A DNA stretch of 64,000 nt from Candidatus Omnitrophota bacterium (GTDB taxonomy: Bacteria > Omnitrophota > Gorgyraeia > Zapsychrales > Fredricksoniimonadaceae). The stretch is from the NCBI GenBank assembly GCA_903944345.1, contig CAJARJ010000001.1, positions 12,339 to 76,338 of the forward strand, read 5' to 3'. Positions 40,663-53,100 of this stretch are shown here, piece by piece. How positions within the stretch are numbered: the stretch's first letter is position 1; every line of letters starts with the position of its first letter. Below the pieces are notes generated by a model, which worked only from the letters and a program-made list of their open reading frames with translations, made no database searches and was not told the origin of the DNA. The translations under genes were made by a program, and so were the position numbers.

Positions 40663-42162
40663 TCAGGCCGCGGCTTCCTGGCTATTGCGTCTTATATCCC
40701 TGAAAAAGACGGCAAAGGCCTTCTCCACCGCTTCTCCCGTTTCCGGAGCAATATCCTGCGTTTCTTTGATGCGCGTGGTAACAGTCATGTCGTACTCGGT
40801 CAGAAACCGGAAGAAATTATCAATAAAACGGCGCATATGCTGGGGCGAAACCCCCTGCAGGAGATTGCGTTGATAAAGATGAAAAAGCACCATCTGCTCC
40901 TCTAGTGAAACCGGGGCAAAATTGGACTGTTTGAAAAGTTCCTGCAGAACCTCGCCGCGGCGTAAACGCGCGAGCGCTTCTTCGGAAAGATTGGTGCGCA
41001 GTTTGGTCATACGCAGCATTTCGCGATACTGGGAATATTCCAGCCTGAGCCCGGAACTGACACGCCGTATCCCCGGTCCCTGGACGCGGCTGCCGATACG
41101 CGACACCGACAAACCCAGGTCAATGGCAGGCTTGAAACCTTCATGAAACAACGGGGCGCTGATATAAATCTGCCCGTCAGTAATGGAAATAAGGTTCGTC
41201 TGGATATAGCCGGTGATATCCCCCTGCATGGTCTCGACCACAGGCAGAAAAGTCATGGAACCCCCGCCGTGCCCTGATGTCATTCGACCCGCACGCTCCA
41301 AAAGCTGGGAATGCAGATAGAAAATGTCTCCAGGATAGGCTTCGCGTCCGGAAGCTCTCTCCAGCAGCAAGGACATCTGCCGGTACACCCAGGCATGCTT
41401 GGTCAGATCATCAAAAACCACCAGGACATCACGCCCTCTGGACATAAAATATTCACCCAGAGCGGCGGCGGAATAGGGGGCCAGATACTGTTCGGCCGCA
41501 GATACTCCCACAGCGGCCGCCACGATAACTGTGTGCTCGATTGCTCCGCGTTCATTAAGCGAATTGATAATGCGCTGCAAGGCCGCCTGGGGGCCGCCAA
41601 TCCAGCAGTAAATACAAACCACCCCGGTATTCTTCTGGTTGATAATCGCATCAACACAGATCGATGTTTTCCCGGTCTGACGGTCACCAATAATCAGCTC
41701 TCTTTGCCCGCGTCCGACCGGAATGGCCAGATCAATGATCTTGACTCCGGTCGGCATCTGCTGCATAACCGGCTCGCGTTCCATGATCCCCGGAGCCTCG
41801 CGAAAGATGGCCGAACGTCCGCTGACCGTGACCGGCCCGCGCCCGTCGAGCGGATCACCCAGACTGCTGATCACCCGCCCCAGAAAACCTTCACCGACCG
41901 GAATACTGGCCTGTGCCTCGTAAGAAAGAACTTCATCGCCGACCGAAACCCCGTTCTCGTCACCGAAAATCGTGGCCATAACATCTTTTTCATCAAAACC
42001 CATGACCAGACCATGCATACCGGCGGAGAACTGCACCAGCTGGCCATAGGCACAAGTCTGCAGGCCCTTAATACGGGCAATACCGCGGCGGACATCCTTG
42101 ACCCGCCCGATCTCCCGCACATCCAGCAGGGGAACCTTGTATTGTTCCTGTATCTGTGTCAT
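40663..42162 (-). CDS. atpA: F1-type ATPase alpha subunit
   Basis: GRGQRELIIGDRQTGKT, FDDLTKHA, GREAYPGDIFYLHS.LLERA, ISITDGQI, SVSRIG. Confidence 0.95.
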   Translation of the reverse strand: MTQIQEQYKVPLLDVREIGRVKDVRRGIARIKGLQTCAYGQLVQFSAGMHGLVMGFDEKDVMATIFGDENGVSVGDEVLSYEAQASIPVGEGFLGRVISSLGDPLDGRGPVTVSGRSAIFREAPGIMEREPVMQQMPTGVKIIDLAIPVGRGQRELIIGDRQTGKTSICVDAIINQKNTGVVCIYCWIGGPQAALQRIINSLNERGAIEHTVIVAAAVGVSAAEQYLAPYSAAALGEYFMSRGRDVLVVFDDLTKHAWVYRQMSLLLERASGREAYPGDIFYLHSQLLERAGRMTSGHGGGSMTFLPVVETMQGDITGYIQTNLISITDGQIYISAPLFHEGFKPAIDLGLSVSRIGSRVQGPGIRRVSSGLRLEYSQYREMLRMTKLRTNLSEEALARLRRGEVLQELFKQSNFAPVSLEEQMVLFHLYQRNLLQGVSPQHMRRFIDNFFRFLTEYDMTVTTRIKETQDIAPETGEAVEKAFAVFFRDIRRNSQEAAA

Positions 42163-42169
42163 AGAAGTC

Positions 42170-42886
42170 TTATTTCTTCATTAACTCTGCCGCTTTTTCC
42201 AGACGACCGCGCAAACTACCGTCCATAAGCAGAGTCGAGGCACGCACCACCATGCCGCAGATAAGAGCACTGTCCTGCTCAAATTTAAGTATCGGCGGGC
42301 GCCCCATCTTACCTTCAAGCACCGCAGTGAGGTCGCTGACCCGGAAATCCTGCAAAGGATAAGCGGTAACAACGGCTATTTCGGTCATGACCGAAACCAG
42401 GGAATCCGCCGGCATAACAACAATTTCGGAAAAAAGTTCGTCGATCATTTCTTCGTGCAGGGCCCGCATGGCGCGCGAACTGAAAACCATCCTCGTCATT
42501 TGCAAACCAAAGTCCGCCGCCATAATCCTGTGGGCGGTCATAAGCTGGCGTTCCTTTTTAGCAAACTCCTCGGATTTGCGGGCCGCTTCCTGGGCAAATT
42601 TCTCTTTCATGGAAGCCGTCATTTCGCTGATCAGGCGTGCCGCCTGCTCGCGAGCTTCCTGAATAATCCGTTCGGCTTCCTCGTTGGCGCGGCGAAAAGC
42701 ATCCTCCTGCTCAAGCCGGGCCTTGACCGCCATCTCTCCCAACTCTGTTTCACGGGCAAGGTTGCGCTCATGCAAAACCTTGAGCCGGCCAAGTGCCCCG
42801 TCCAGCTGTTTCTGAAACAACTGACGCAGGAAAAGAAAAAGCAAAAAAAGCGCAACAATCTGAATAATCAGCAATTGAAGGAACAT
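42170..42886 (-). CDS. atpF: ATPase b-delta fusion (peripheral stalk)
   Basis: N-terminal TM plus EAERIIQEAREQA coiled coil (b), then a delta/OSCP C-terminus (VVTAYPL..DSALICGMVV..DGSLRGRL). Confidence 0.8.
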   Translation of the reverse strand: MFLQLLIIQIVALFLLFLFLRQLFQKQLDGALGRLKVLHERNLARETELGEMAVKARLEQEDAFRRANEEAERIIQEAREQAARLISEMTASMKEKFAQEAARKSEEFAKKERQLMTAHRIMAADFGLQMTRMVFSSRAMRALHEEMIDELFSEIVVMPADSLVSVMTEIAVVTAYPLQDFRVSDLTAVLEGKMGRPPILKFEQDSALICGMVVRASTLLMDGSLRGRLEKAAELMKK

Positions 42887-42893
42887 AGGCCTC

Positions 42894-43103
42894 TCACTTG
42901 AAAAGCAGGTAGACCATCAATAAGGACATGACCGCAACCGCTTCGGCAAAAATAAAAGCCATGATCATCGCCATCAAAATCCGGGGCGAAGCAGAAGGAT
43001 TGCGTCCTACCGCAGAAACAGCGCCGTAACCAACGACTCCGATAACAGCAGCCGGCCCCAACGTACTTAACACCACAACCATGACAATGGTAATTTCTTT
43101 CAT
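42894..43103 (-). CDS. atpE: Fo c-subunit (proteolipid)
   Basis: Two TM helices, GRNP loop, conserved acidic residue in FAEA. Confidence 0.88.
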   Translation of the reverse strand: MKEITIVMVVVLSTLGPAAVIGVVGYGAVSAVGRNPSASPRILMAMIMAFIFAEAVAVMSLLMVYLLFK

Positions 43104-43115
43104 ACTGCTCCCGGA

Positions 43116-43373
43116 CTAAGCGGGCTCCTCCATAACCAAAAGAGTGCCGTCGACAACCTGAGCCACTCCATGAGCGACAGGAAACGACTCCACAAGACTT
43201 CCTGCGGAAGTCAATGCCGGACGACGCAGAATAATTTCTCCGTGCACAAGACCACAAACAATATCCTGATGGGAGTCCATGACGGAAATGACACCACCAG
43301 TGCCGGGGAGGACGACTTCAACCGCCTCGTCGTCGAACACAACAGCCTGCGGTGTCAGAATACGAACCTTCAT
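43116..43373 (-). CDS. atpC: F1 epsilon subunit, beta-sandwich only
   Basis: VRILTP..VF, VVLPG..G.I.V..SH, HG.A.V; no C-terminal helices. Confidence 0.8.
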   Translation of the reverse strand: MKVRILTPQAVVFDDEAVEVVLPGTGGVISVMDSHQDIVCGLVHGEIILRRPALTSAGSLVESFPVAHGVAQVVDGTLLVMEEPA

Positions 43374-44167
43374 CCCTTGCCCGCAGGAGGAGCGCCTGCT
43401 GACGGGCCCTTGCGGTCAGCCCCGGTACCGGCAGCCGGAGTGTCGCCCGACGATCCTGACGCTCCGGCAACAGCGTTTAACTGCCTGAGCCAGACAAAAT
43501 AGAAACTTGCCCCCAAAATACCCAGAAAAAGCATAACGGCACCGACGAACTTGAAAATCGCTCCGGTGGAATAAGCCCGCGACTGGCTCATAAAACCACG
43601 GGCCAGATCCAGATCCGCACGAATTGACGCCAGAATATTAAGATGCTCGCGATAAGAAGAAATATGCTGTTCGGGATTGGCCGGAGGGAACCTTGCCGCT
43701 GACTCGATCTGGTCGAGCTTGAGCGTAATCTCTTTATACATGCCTTCAAAACGATCGGCATACTCTGTATTCTTGAGCTGTTTTCCTATCCGCTCCAGTT
43801 CGTGCCGAAGCGTTTCGATCTCATTAACCGGAACCGACCAGATGTCGCGCAACTCGATGTCCTGTTCAAAAGTCTCACCCGGTTTGAGCTCGAAATCACC
43901 CGACACAAAATAAGACCCCTGCTGACTATCATACACCAGCTGCAAATCACCTTTACCCAACACATCATCGGGCTTGACCTCTTTGGGCAAATACGCCTTG
44001 ATCGAAGCAATCTGCGCGTCTTCTTTAGAAGGGTTGGCAGCCATAACCTTGAGCACAATAGCCGCCCGCAGATCTCCCGGAAGACCGGTCAGAAGAAAGA
44101 GCGCTCCCGCAGACACAAAAAGGAGCCGCCACAATAGAATGCCACACGCATTATTCCTTGTACTCAT
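43370..44167 (-). CDS. Hypothetical exported/bitopic protein (N-terminal signal, periplasmic domain + coiled coil, C-terminal TM)
   Basis: Hydrophobic N- and C-terminal segments; overlaps both the giant gene and atpC. Confidence 0.75.
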   Translation of the reverse strand: MSTRNNACGILLWRLLFVSAGALFLLTGLPGDLRAAIVLKVMAANPSKEDAQIASIKAYLPKEVKPDDVLGKGDLQLVYDSQQGSYFVSGDFELKPGETFEQDIELRDIWSVPVNEIETLRHELERIGKQLKNTEYADRFEGMYKEITLKLDQIESAARFPPANPEQHISSYREHLNILASIRADLDLARGFMSQSRAYSTGAIFKFVGAVMLFLGILGASFYFVWLRQLNAVAGASGSSGDTPAAGTGADRKGPSAGAPPAGKG

Positions 44168-47100
44168 ACCATACCTGGGTTACCGGTTTGTTATTCATAT
44201 TCTCAAGAATTTTCTTGCTGACTTCCATGGCGGCCTTGAGTTCCTGGGTCTTGTTCTTGAGATAGGTCATATCTCCCTGGCGTTCCTGGGAAACATCAAG
44301 CATTTTACCGAGACTGACGCCACCCTCACCGGTTAAAGACTGGATCTGTTTGGCCATAGCTGTCAACTGTCCGAACAAAGGAGCAACCGCGGATTGCGCG
44401 GCATCCGCCGCCAGACCACCAGCTCCCTTGAAAGCGCCGGAACCCATGTCATTAATCACGGTTTCGATGGACGCAAACTGCTCGTTTAACTTGTTGACCG
44501 TGGTATTGATGCCGGAAATGCCCGATGTGGTTCCCATCAAGGCGGATACCTGGGAATAAACCTGATCCAGATCAGACATCGTGACCGTAATCGTCATGGC
44601 ATCCATAGTGCCCAACGTTGGCTCGGAACAGACAATAGTAAAGTCGCCACGCCCCCAGGACGAGTAGAAAAGAACCGGATACTGGTAAATTCCGGTTCCT
44701 GTCATCTCGGTCATCCGGGCGGAAGTAACTACCTGCAAATTTTGAGCATTGTAAACATCGATCACAGGCACCAGCCCGGAGCCGGCACGATAGCGTATGG
44801 TCAGCGTTTCGCCGGCTTTAACCGCGCTTTCGGTATTAAGAATTTCAGAACTCAACTCGCGCTGGACAGTTTCCTGCAACAGACTGATACGTTCAGGCAG
44901 TTCTGTCTGCGTCGAGAAAAGAATCTTGCGGGTTTCATTCTGCAGTTCCGTCTTGATGGACGCTATGTCTTTTGACACAACTTCTTTCATATCCTCGGAA
45001 GTGGCCGCAACCGTGGACTGAATATTGGACACCGCAGACATAAGTTGCTCGGTCGTTTCCGTGAAAAACTCGTACTGCATGATCTCTGAGCCGACATCAA
45101 TATTGGCCGCCGAAGTGTATTCACGTCCGCGATATTCAATAGTCAAAGTTGCCGGATACACCTTGCCCGCCTCGAAAGCGGTCTCAGCGAGAGTAAAATT
45201 ATACATACCTGTAGCTCCCGGAGCGGGCGAGGCCATACTGTTGCGCACAGTTTCTCCGTCAGGTTCGTAAATCTTGAACGTTGCCGTTCCCATATCGGAA
45301 CGCTCGGTTTCGTTGGTGCCGACCAGTTTCCCCTTGCGCTGAAGAGACCCGACCGCAGTCAACGAATCCGTTGCCGGAGAGAAGCTGTAGGTCAGGATAG
45401 ATTCCCATGTTACCTGGGCAGAAGCTGCATTTTCCAGATAAACAGTGACAACATAAGGCTCAACACCCTGCTTGGGCGGCGTCCAGGTGACACTGTTATC
45501 TATATACTCCTGCTTGGAGAAAAAGGTTGTATATGACCCGTAAGGATATTCTTCTGTTCTTGTAAGAGGAGAAGCCAAAGCCGTATCGGTCCAGCCGCTG
45601 GCCGGCTCGTTAACCGAAAAGTCTGTCAAATGCTGGTAAGTATCATAATCCATAACCTTGAAAACCGCTGTAGCGTAAACCAGCGCCAGATCGCTGTCGC
45701 TGGTGTCCATAGTGGTGTTGTCATCTACATCCGAAACCCTCACCCGGACATGTTCGGATTTGATGTCCGGCGTAGTCCAGTTGTAGGTTCCCGTATTGAC
45801 TGCGGTGCCAATAAAAGACCAGTTTAGGCCGTCAGTTGTATACTCCAGACGGACATTGCTTATTGTTCCCATGGTCTGCCACGTAATGGCATGCGTGGAA
45901 CGAGCCACAAGCTTCTCGCCACCATTAGGAGAAAGGATTCTGAAACCACCGCGAATACGCACATTCCCCTGGCTGGTGGCGGTGATCTGGCTGCGAACCC
46001 CATCAGTCAGACGGAACTTGATGGTGCGTCCGGTAATGGCATCCGCAGGCACAACCCAGTCATAACTTCCGGTATTGGCCAGATTGGTTTCAATAATACG
46101 GCGGGTGATAAAATTATCACTGGAATAATCCAGTGTAAGATTGGCAATAGATAACCCCGTCCATTCCCAAGTCACCGGGATGGTATCGGCCAGAACATAT
46201 TCATCGCCGGAGCCGGGAGTAAGGAAAGTCATGGTCGGCAAAGGATTGATTACAAACACATCATCCGAAACATCAAGAACGGCCGGACGGTTACCATCCA
46301 CAAGCCTTACAAGGCACTGGGTGGTTATATAATCTGGTACGGTCCAGCTATAAGATCCACTATTGGGAATACCGCCACGCACCAAGTACCAGGTGATCCC
46401 GTTGTCCGGCGAATAACTCAATAGCAGATTTTCAGACACCGTGCCCTCGGACTCCCAGCGAACAGGGCCACGGTCTCCCACCGACCAGACCTCACTGCCA
46501 TTAGGTGCCGTAATTGTGATCCCCGGAAGCGCTAGATTAAAAGCCGGTGAAGTTGCCGTAGTGGAAGGACGCGACTCGTCCATAATGCGCACCAGCGCCG
46601 TGCTAAAGACATTGTCGGGAATAGTCCAGGAATGTGAACCGGTATTATGCACTCCGGTGGCGATCTGTATCCAGGACGCGCCATTATCCACCGAATAGGA
46701 GAGGCGCAAATTGTTGGAAACACGCCCGCCATTATCTTCCCAGGTGATGTCATGTACGCTCCCCACACGCCAGACCTCGCCCCCCTCCGGATGAAGCATG
46801 GTAATCTGCGGTGCTGGAAGTATTGTAAAAGACGCATCCGACTTGTCCCAGACCGCGGAACGGTCAGCATCGGTGATGCGCACCCGCAAAGTGGCGCTGC
46901 GATCATCCGGCACCGTCCAGGCATAAGTTCCGGTGTTGGGCACACCCTGTGCAATCAGAACCACGTCGGAAACAAAATTGTCATCAGAATACTCAATTCT
47001 AAGATTATTGCTGATGGCGCCCAGGGGCTGCCAAACAATATTTTCCACATCACCCACCGAAACGATTTCCCCACCATTAGGCCAAGTTACAATAATCCTG

Positions 47101-50100
47101 GGCAGGGTAATGGCAAAAGTAAGATCCGAAGTGTCCGAAATCTGGGTCCGCAGGTTATCAGTCAACCTCAGGCGGACAGTATCAGACATATCATCCGGAA
47201 CAGTCCAAAGGTACTCCCCGGTATTGGGCGCACTGCCGGCAATGGTATGAACCGTAGCGAAGTTGTCGGTCGAATACTCCAGTTTGAGATCATTGCTAAC
47301 CGAGCCTACGGACTGCCAGGTGATGGGATACTGCATTCCGACCGGCCAAAGCTCTCCGCCGTTAGGCGAAGTTATAATTACTTTGGGCAGGGAAATCTCA
47401 AAAACCGCATCCGAAACATCAGTTGTGGCCGGACGGGTGGCATCAAAAATCTTGACCAAAGAGTTAGTAGAAAGACTATCGGGGATCATCCAGTAATAAA
47501 GGTCATTGTTGGCTACTCCGGTAGCAATGTTGTTCCAGGTGCTGCCGCCATTACTGGAATACTGCAAGGTAATATTGTCGCGCACAGCCCCGAAATCGGA
47601 ACCTTCCGAATACCAGCGAACTTCCTGGGTCGTTCCAACTGCCCACATTTCCCCGCCATTGGGCAGAACAAGGGTAATGGCAGGCGGCTTGATCGTAAAG
47701 TTGGCCGGCGAAGAAGACGTAACCGACGGATAAGACATGTCGGTAATCCGCACCCGCATCGTCTGGCTATTGGCATCGGCAACCGGCCCCCACAAGTAAT
47801 TGCCGGTATTCGACTGCCCGGTACGGAAAGTCGTCCACGTAGAACCGCCATCCGTTGAATACTCCAGCTTGAGGTTGGCGCTCAGACTTCCCACTGAAGT
47901 CCAGGTGACTGAATAATTTCCGGTCGCATACCAGGACTCGCCACCCACCGGAGAGGTCAGGGTCACTGTGGGCAGTTCAATTGCAAAAGGTGCCGGAGAA
48001 ATGCCCGCGGCCAACGCATCGTTCTGGTCTACAACCTTGATCCTGGCCGTTTCGGTTGGCTCATCCGGCACGCGCCAGGTAAAACTCCCCGTATTCGCCT
48101 GGTTAAATCCGGAAAGAGTCCAGGTCGCTCCATCATCCGTGGAATAGAAAATACTGATCTTGTTATAATCCGCACCGCTGCTATCCAGCTTGTGACCGTA
48201 AGTCCGCCAGCGAACGGTATAATCCGTCCCCATGGTGATCCGCTCGCCACCAACAGGCTGAATCAGCTCGATAGTCGTGTGCGCCAGCACCCTGAAAGCA
48301 ACGCTGGTGATCGTGACCTGGGCGCGCTGGGCATCGGTCAAACGCACGCGAACCGCAGAGCCCACGGCCCCTGGAGGAACCACCCAGGCATAAGTTCCAC
48401 TATTAGTCAAATGCTCGGCAATCAGGACAAAGTCGGTACCATTAAGACTATATTCAAGTTTAAGGTCATTTGATACGGTGCCGTCAACAGTCCAGGTGAT
48501 ATTGTTGGTATCGCCAACAACCCAGACCATATCCGCTACAGGACTGGTCAGAGTAAGAACGGGATCCACAATAGAAAATACCGGTGAAGTAAAAGAAACC
48601 TCCTGCTGGGTGCCGCGACCGGCAGGAATGCCCACCTCGGTCAATCGAACCATCATATTGGCCGAGATAATATCAGGGACCTGCCAGTTATAAGTTCCTA
48701 AGATATCGTCGTTATTCCCCGCTCCCTGAGGAGTTCCCACGGAAACCTGCGCGATTTCATGCACATCAGACTGGAAAGCATCATTTGAATATTCCAGCTT
48801 GATCTGCGAAGAAAAAATGAGCGAATTGGTCCGCCAGGAAATAGGCTTCGAGGCCCCGACACTCCAACGATCACCCAAAACCGGAGAAGAGAGGCTGAAG
48901 GCCGGTGTGGGCACAATTGAGAAAGCAGTATTGGAAAGATCCTGTATCCGATCATTGGACGGCGAAGAAATACGTACCAGCACGCTGTCGGCAAAAACAG
49001 CCGGAACGACCCACTCGTAGACACCATCATTGGGCGTGATCGCGCTGATCACGGTCCACGATGTCCCACCATTGGTAGAGTACTCGATCTTGACCACATC
49101 ATTAGGAATGGCTCCGGTGACATTCCAGGTGATATTAAACTGCCGGCCAGCTTCCAGGACTTCACCGCCATTGGGCGCGGTTACAGCCAAAGACAGCACC
49201 CGGAACGAAGCCGCACTGACATCCGCGACTGTCGGCAAATCTTCGCTGGAAATGCGCACATAACCCTGTTGACTGGGCGCGTCAGGCACAAGCCAGTTGT
49301 AGGAACCGGTATTGGACACATGCTCGGCAATAAGCGCCCAGGTATTGGCATTGTCCGCAGAATACTGGAGTTTGACCAGCCCCGATCCGCCTTCAACCTG
49401 CAAAGCCTGGGAGTTCCAGGTCACCGGATACGTCTGTCCAACCACAATAGTCTCGCCGCCGTTGGGGGCAGTGAGATTGAGGAACGCGGTGATGTAATCC
49501 AGGGAAATATCATCGAGAATGGCCGCCTGCTGGCCTTCCGAGAAAAAGAGCGCTCGGTACTGGAACCACTGATCGCTGTCCGCATCCGTATGCAGAGGGT
49601 TGATATTCTCCCCGCCCGAAGGATCCAGATAATACGTCTGCGCCCCCATAAAAGTAACACCGACACTTTCTATTGACGGGGTACGGAAAGATGACGGCTC
49701 CGAATGCAGATAAGCGCGGAAATAAAAGTTCCCCTGCGGATAAATATCCTGGAATTCGGTCAGATGCGCGTTGATCTCGGCAGACGTATTCGTCTGGGAA
49801 TAGCCACCTGTGACATCGTCCCACTGACTGCCGTCCCACCAGTGCCAGGTATAGCCATTGGGCGACACCTGATAACGAACAGTCGTTCCATAAGGCGTCA
49901 GCAGAATATCCTGCATTTGCACCAGGCTCTTCTCGTAATAAAACGTGCCGTTGACCGGTTGAATAACCGGATTGGACGAAGCATAAACGGCAATAGCGCC
50001 AACGGTCTCGGGAGTAAGCACATCAAACAAAAGGGGTTCATTTTCTACCTGTTTATGGCTTTGGTAATGAGCCAGAACCTCACGAGCCAAAAGAACACGA

Positions 50101-53100
50101 TCATAAATGCGAACCCCGTCCAGATTGCCTACAAACGGCATAGCAGCCGAAGCCTCCCGGCCCAACTGCAAATTGTCATTGTTAGTCAACATGGTCGATG
50201 TTTCCTGGGTTGAGGTGTACACCAGATTGCCGTTGACATAAATTTTGACAGTATCCACGGCCTCGTCAAAAGTGGCCACCACATGCTGCACGAGCCCCTG
50301 GGTGAGAACCGCACCGGTCGCGTGAAGTTTCTGGGTGTTGTTACGGAAAGAAAAGGCCAAAGTATCGGAATACTGATAGAGTCCGTAATTGAGACGGGAA
50401 TGCAGGTCACTGCCCTTGGCCAGAATAAGATGGTTACCCTCAATGGTCAGCGGCTGAACCCAGGCCTCCAGCGAAACCTGTCCGGTCACATCAAGCGTGG
50501 CGCTGTCGGCGGCATACCCGTAAGCCGTGGTTCCGTTAAAGGTCAGGGCCTTGGCACCCGGAAAACCCGTCAGATCCGTTGAGGACCAGGAAGTATTGAC
50601 CAAAGAAATCCGGTTATTGTTGACGGTCGCATCGGCCGTGGAAGTGCCCACCCCTTCATCAAAATGCCAGACGGCCAAAGGAGCGCCATCGATGTAATCG
50701 AAGGGACGCGCCAGCCAACCGGCCCCTCCGGAAAGGGTTACATTGTGTCCGTACAGGCTGCCATCCACTGCTGTTGAGCCGGTTGCGTCGTTAAAACGCC
50801 AGAGGCCCAGCAGCCCCGGCTCGGTGCCGGAAAGAGCACGGTAACGGCGCTCGAAAAGATCACCAACGGCCTGCTGCTCTCCCCAGACGCGCGCCTCGTC
50901 AATAAGACCCACCAGTCCGCCGCCAATCTGCAGCGGATTGGCATTGGCTGATACCGTTCCGGTCAAAGCCGAAGAAGCTTTCTCCTGGCCGTCAACAAAC
51001 AGCTTCAAACGGGCACCATCATAAGTCAAGGCCGCATGGGTAAGGGTTCCGGTCGGATAATCTCCGGTTGAAACACTGGTGCCATTGACAAACCCGGTCA
51101 GCCCCAGAGTGGTCAGCTTAAGTCCGAAAGAGCCGCTCTTGACCAGAATAGTCTGATCAGCGGGGACATCTTCGTTTTCTTCATCTCCCCAGACAGGCAC
51201 AATAACCCAGGCATTACTTAACCCGAACACCTCGTCATCCGAGAGGGCCCGGTTATAAATAGTTACCTCGTCAATGATGCCGTCAAAATAACGCGCAGCC
51301 AGGTCTGTGCTGCCTATAGCCAGGTTCTTGGACTGTACGGCCGGAAGATTGTTTAACGTGATCGACATCCCGTTGACCGACTGACCATTGATATACAGCT
51401 TGATCGAGGTTCCATCAAGCACCGCAGCGACATGGTTCCAGGTATTGCCAGCCACCGCCAGTCCCGAAGCAGACACAAAATCGTTACTGAAATTAGTAAA
51501 AGCCAGCCTCCCGTTATTTTGTACGGCCAGAACAAAAGAGTCCCGGCTGCTTCTGTTGCCCCAGCTAATGACCCCGTTCCAGGTGGTCTGAGGAAGCGTA
51601 CGCGGATAAATCCAGGCCCCCACCGACATTTCACTACCCACAGGCAAGCTTATAGTGTCCGTACGGGTCAAATTCGAGGTTCCGGTAAAGTCCAGTGCGG
51701 AACCGGAAAAGCCGGGAACCCACAAGGGCGAACCCATATCGTTAAAATCAATGGAACCCGCGAAATCTTCGGTATTATACCCGGCGTTCTCGTCCATTTT
51801 CCACCAATTGGTCAAACCGTCAACGGGCATGGCTGGCAAAGAGGTGTCTTGTTCGACCTGCGTCCCCGGATTGCCATAATACATAATAACGGTCTTGGTG
51901 CTGCGCCCGGGAACATAGGGCACCTGCACCATAAAACGAGCCTGGGCCGGTGAAGAGGACAGAATGCGATGCGGCAAAGCGGTCCCGTCAGTATCCACAA
52001 AGCGAATATCGCCATAGTCGGAGCGCATCTTGCCATCGGCATAGGCAATGTCAAACACATACAACTTGTTTTCTGCATCTGCCAACCCCGAATTGTCGAA
52101 AGTCAGGACGCGGCGATGGGCAAAACCCGGCAACCATTGCGAACGGACGACCAGGGGCGTTTCCTGCGCACCGAAAGTGACCGGCAAAGTCAGGCCCAAG
52201 GCACCTCCTTCGGTATCACCGCGGTAAACTTTCCAATTGTCAGTAAAGGCATTATAGCCTCCGCGACCGTTATGGATAATGTGCGGAACCAAGGTCGTAT
52301 TGGGGGCAAAGGTAGAGGTGTAAAGAAGTGTCCATGGATCTGAGCCGGTTGTCCGATAATAGTATTTGGCTCCCTGGGTGGGTTGAAGGGTGATCTTGAT
52401 GTCATAGGAAGTGCCAAATGTGTAATTGGTGCTTACCCGTCCACGGCTGGTGCCATTTTCATAAATATAGATAGAAGCATTGTTTTCGAAATAAATAGCG
52501 TATGGCATCTGTCCATAGCTCTGATCTGTGCCAGGTATTTTCCAGCCGATCATGGTGGCTTCGTTGGTACTGGCCTGCCTGAAGGAGGCTTCGAAAGTTG
52601 TGCCCTCGTTATAGCGCTGAAAGGTCTGTTTGGTATTTATATAAGCGTCTGACCAGTTATTATTGCCCAGCAGTCGAACCTCACCGTTCTCAAAATAAAC
52701 ACGAGAGGAGTAATTATAATTTGTGGTCATATAGGAATCAAAGTCATCGAGATACAGATAATCGCTCAACGAGTCGTCACTCTCACTGTTGGCCGCGGCA
52801 TTGCCGTAATAGAGATAAAGCTGTTTAATGCTATCCGCTGGAAGATCGGGAACCTCAAGATAAATAGTCGCCTTGCTGGCACCTAAACTGCGGATGCGGT
52901 AGCGAAGTTTATGCCGCATGTCCTTTTCCCAGAAGCGAATATCGGAGAAATCCGGTTTCATGCCCGGCTCATAATCAATCTCCATGGTCAGAACCAGATA
53001 CTCGACAGCCTCCTGCCCCGCATTATTGATATTAATTTCCTTACGATAAAGCCATCCACCAGGCCAATAATTAAGCGTATGTTCGAAACTGGATTCGACT

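Noticed and set aside
45680-49480. Possible CRISPR array or DNA tandem repeat
   Set aside because: Repeats exist only at the protein level inside a continuous ORF; no identical DNA repeats with spacers and no cas genes
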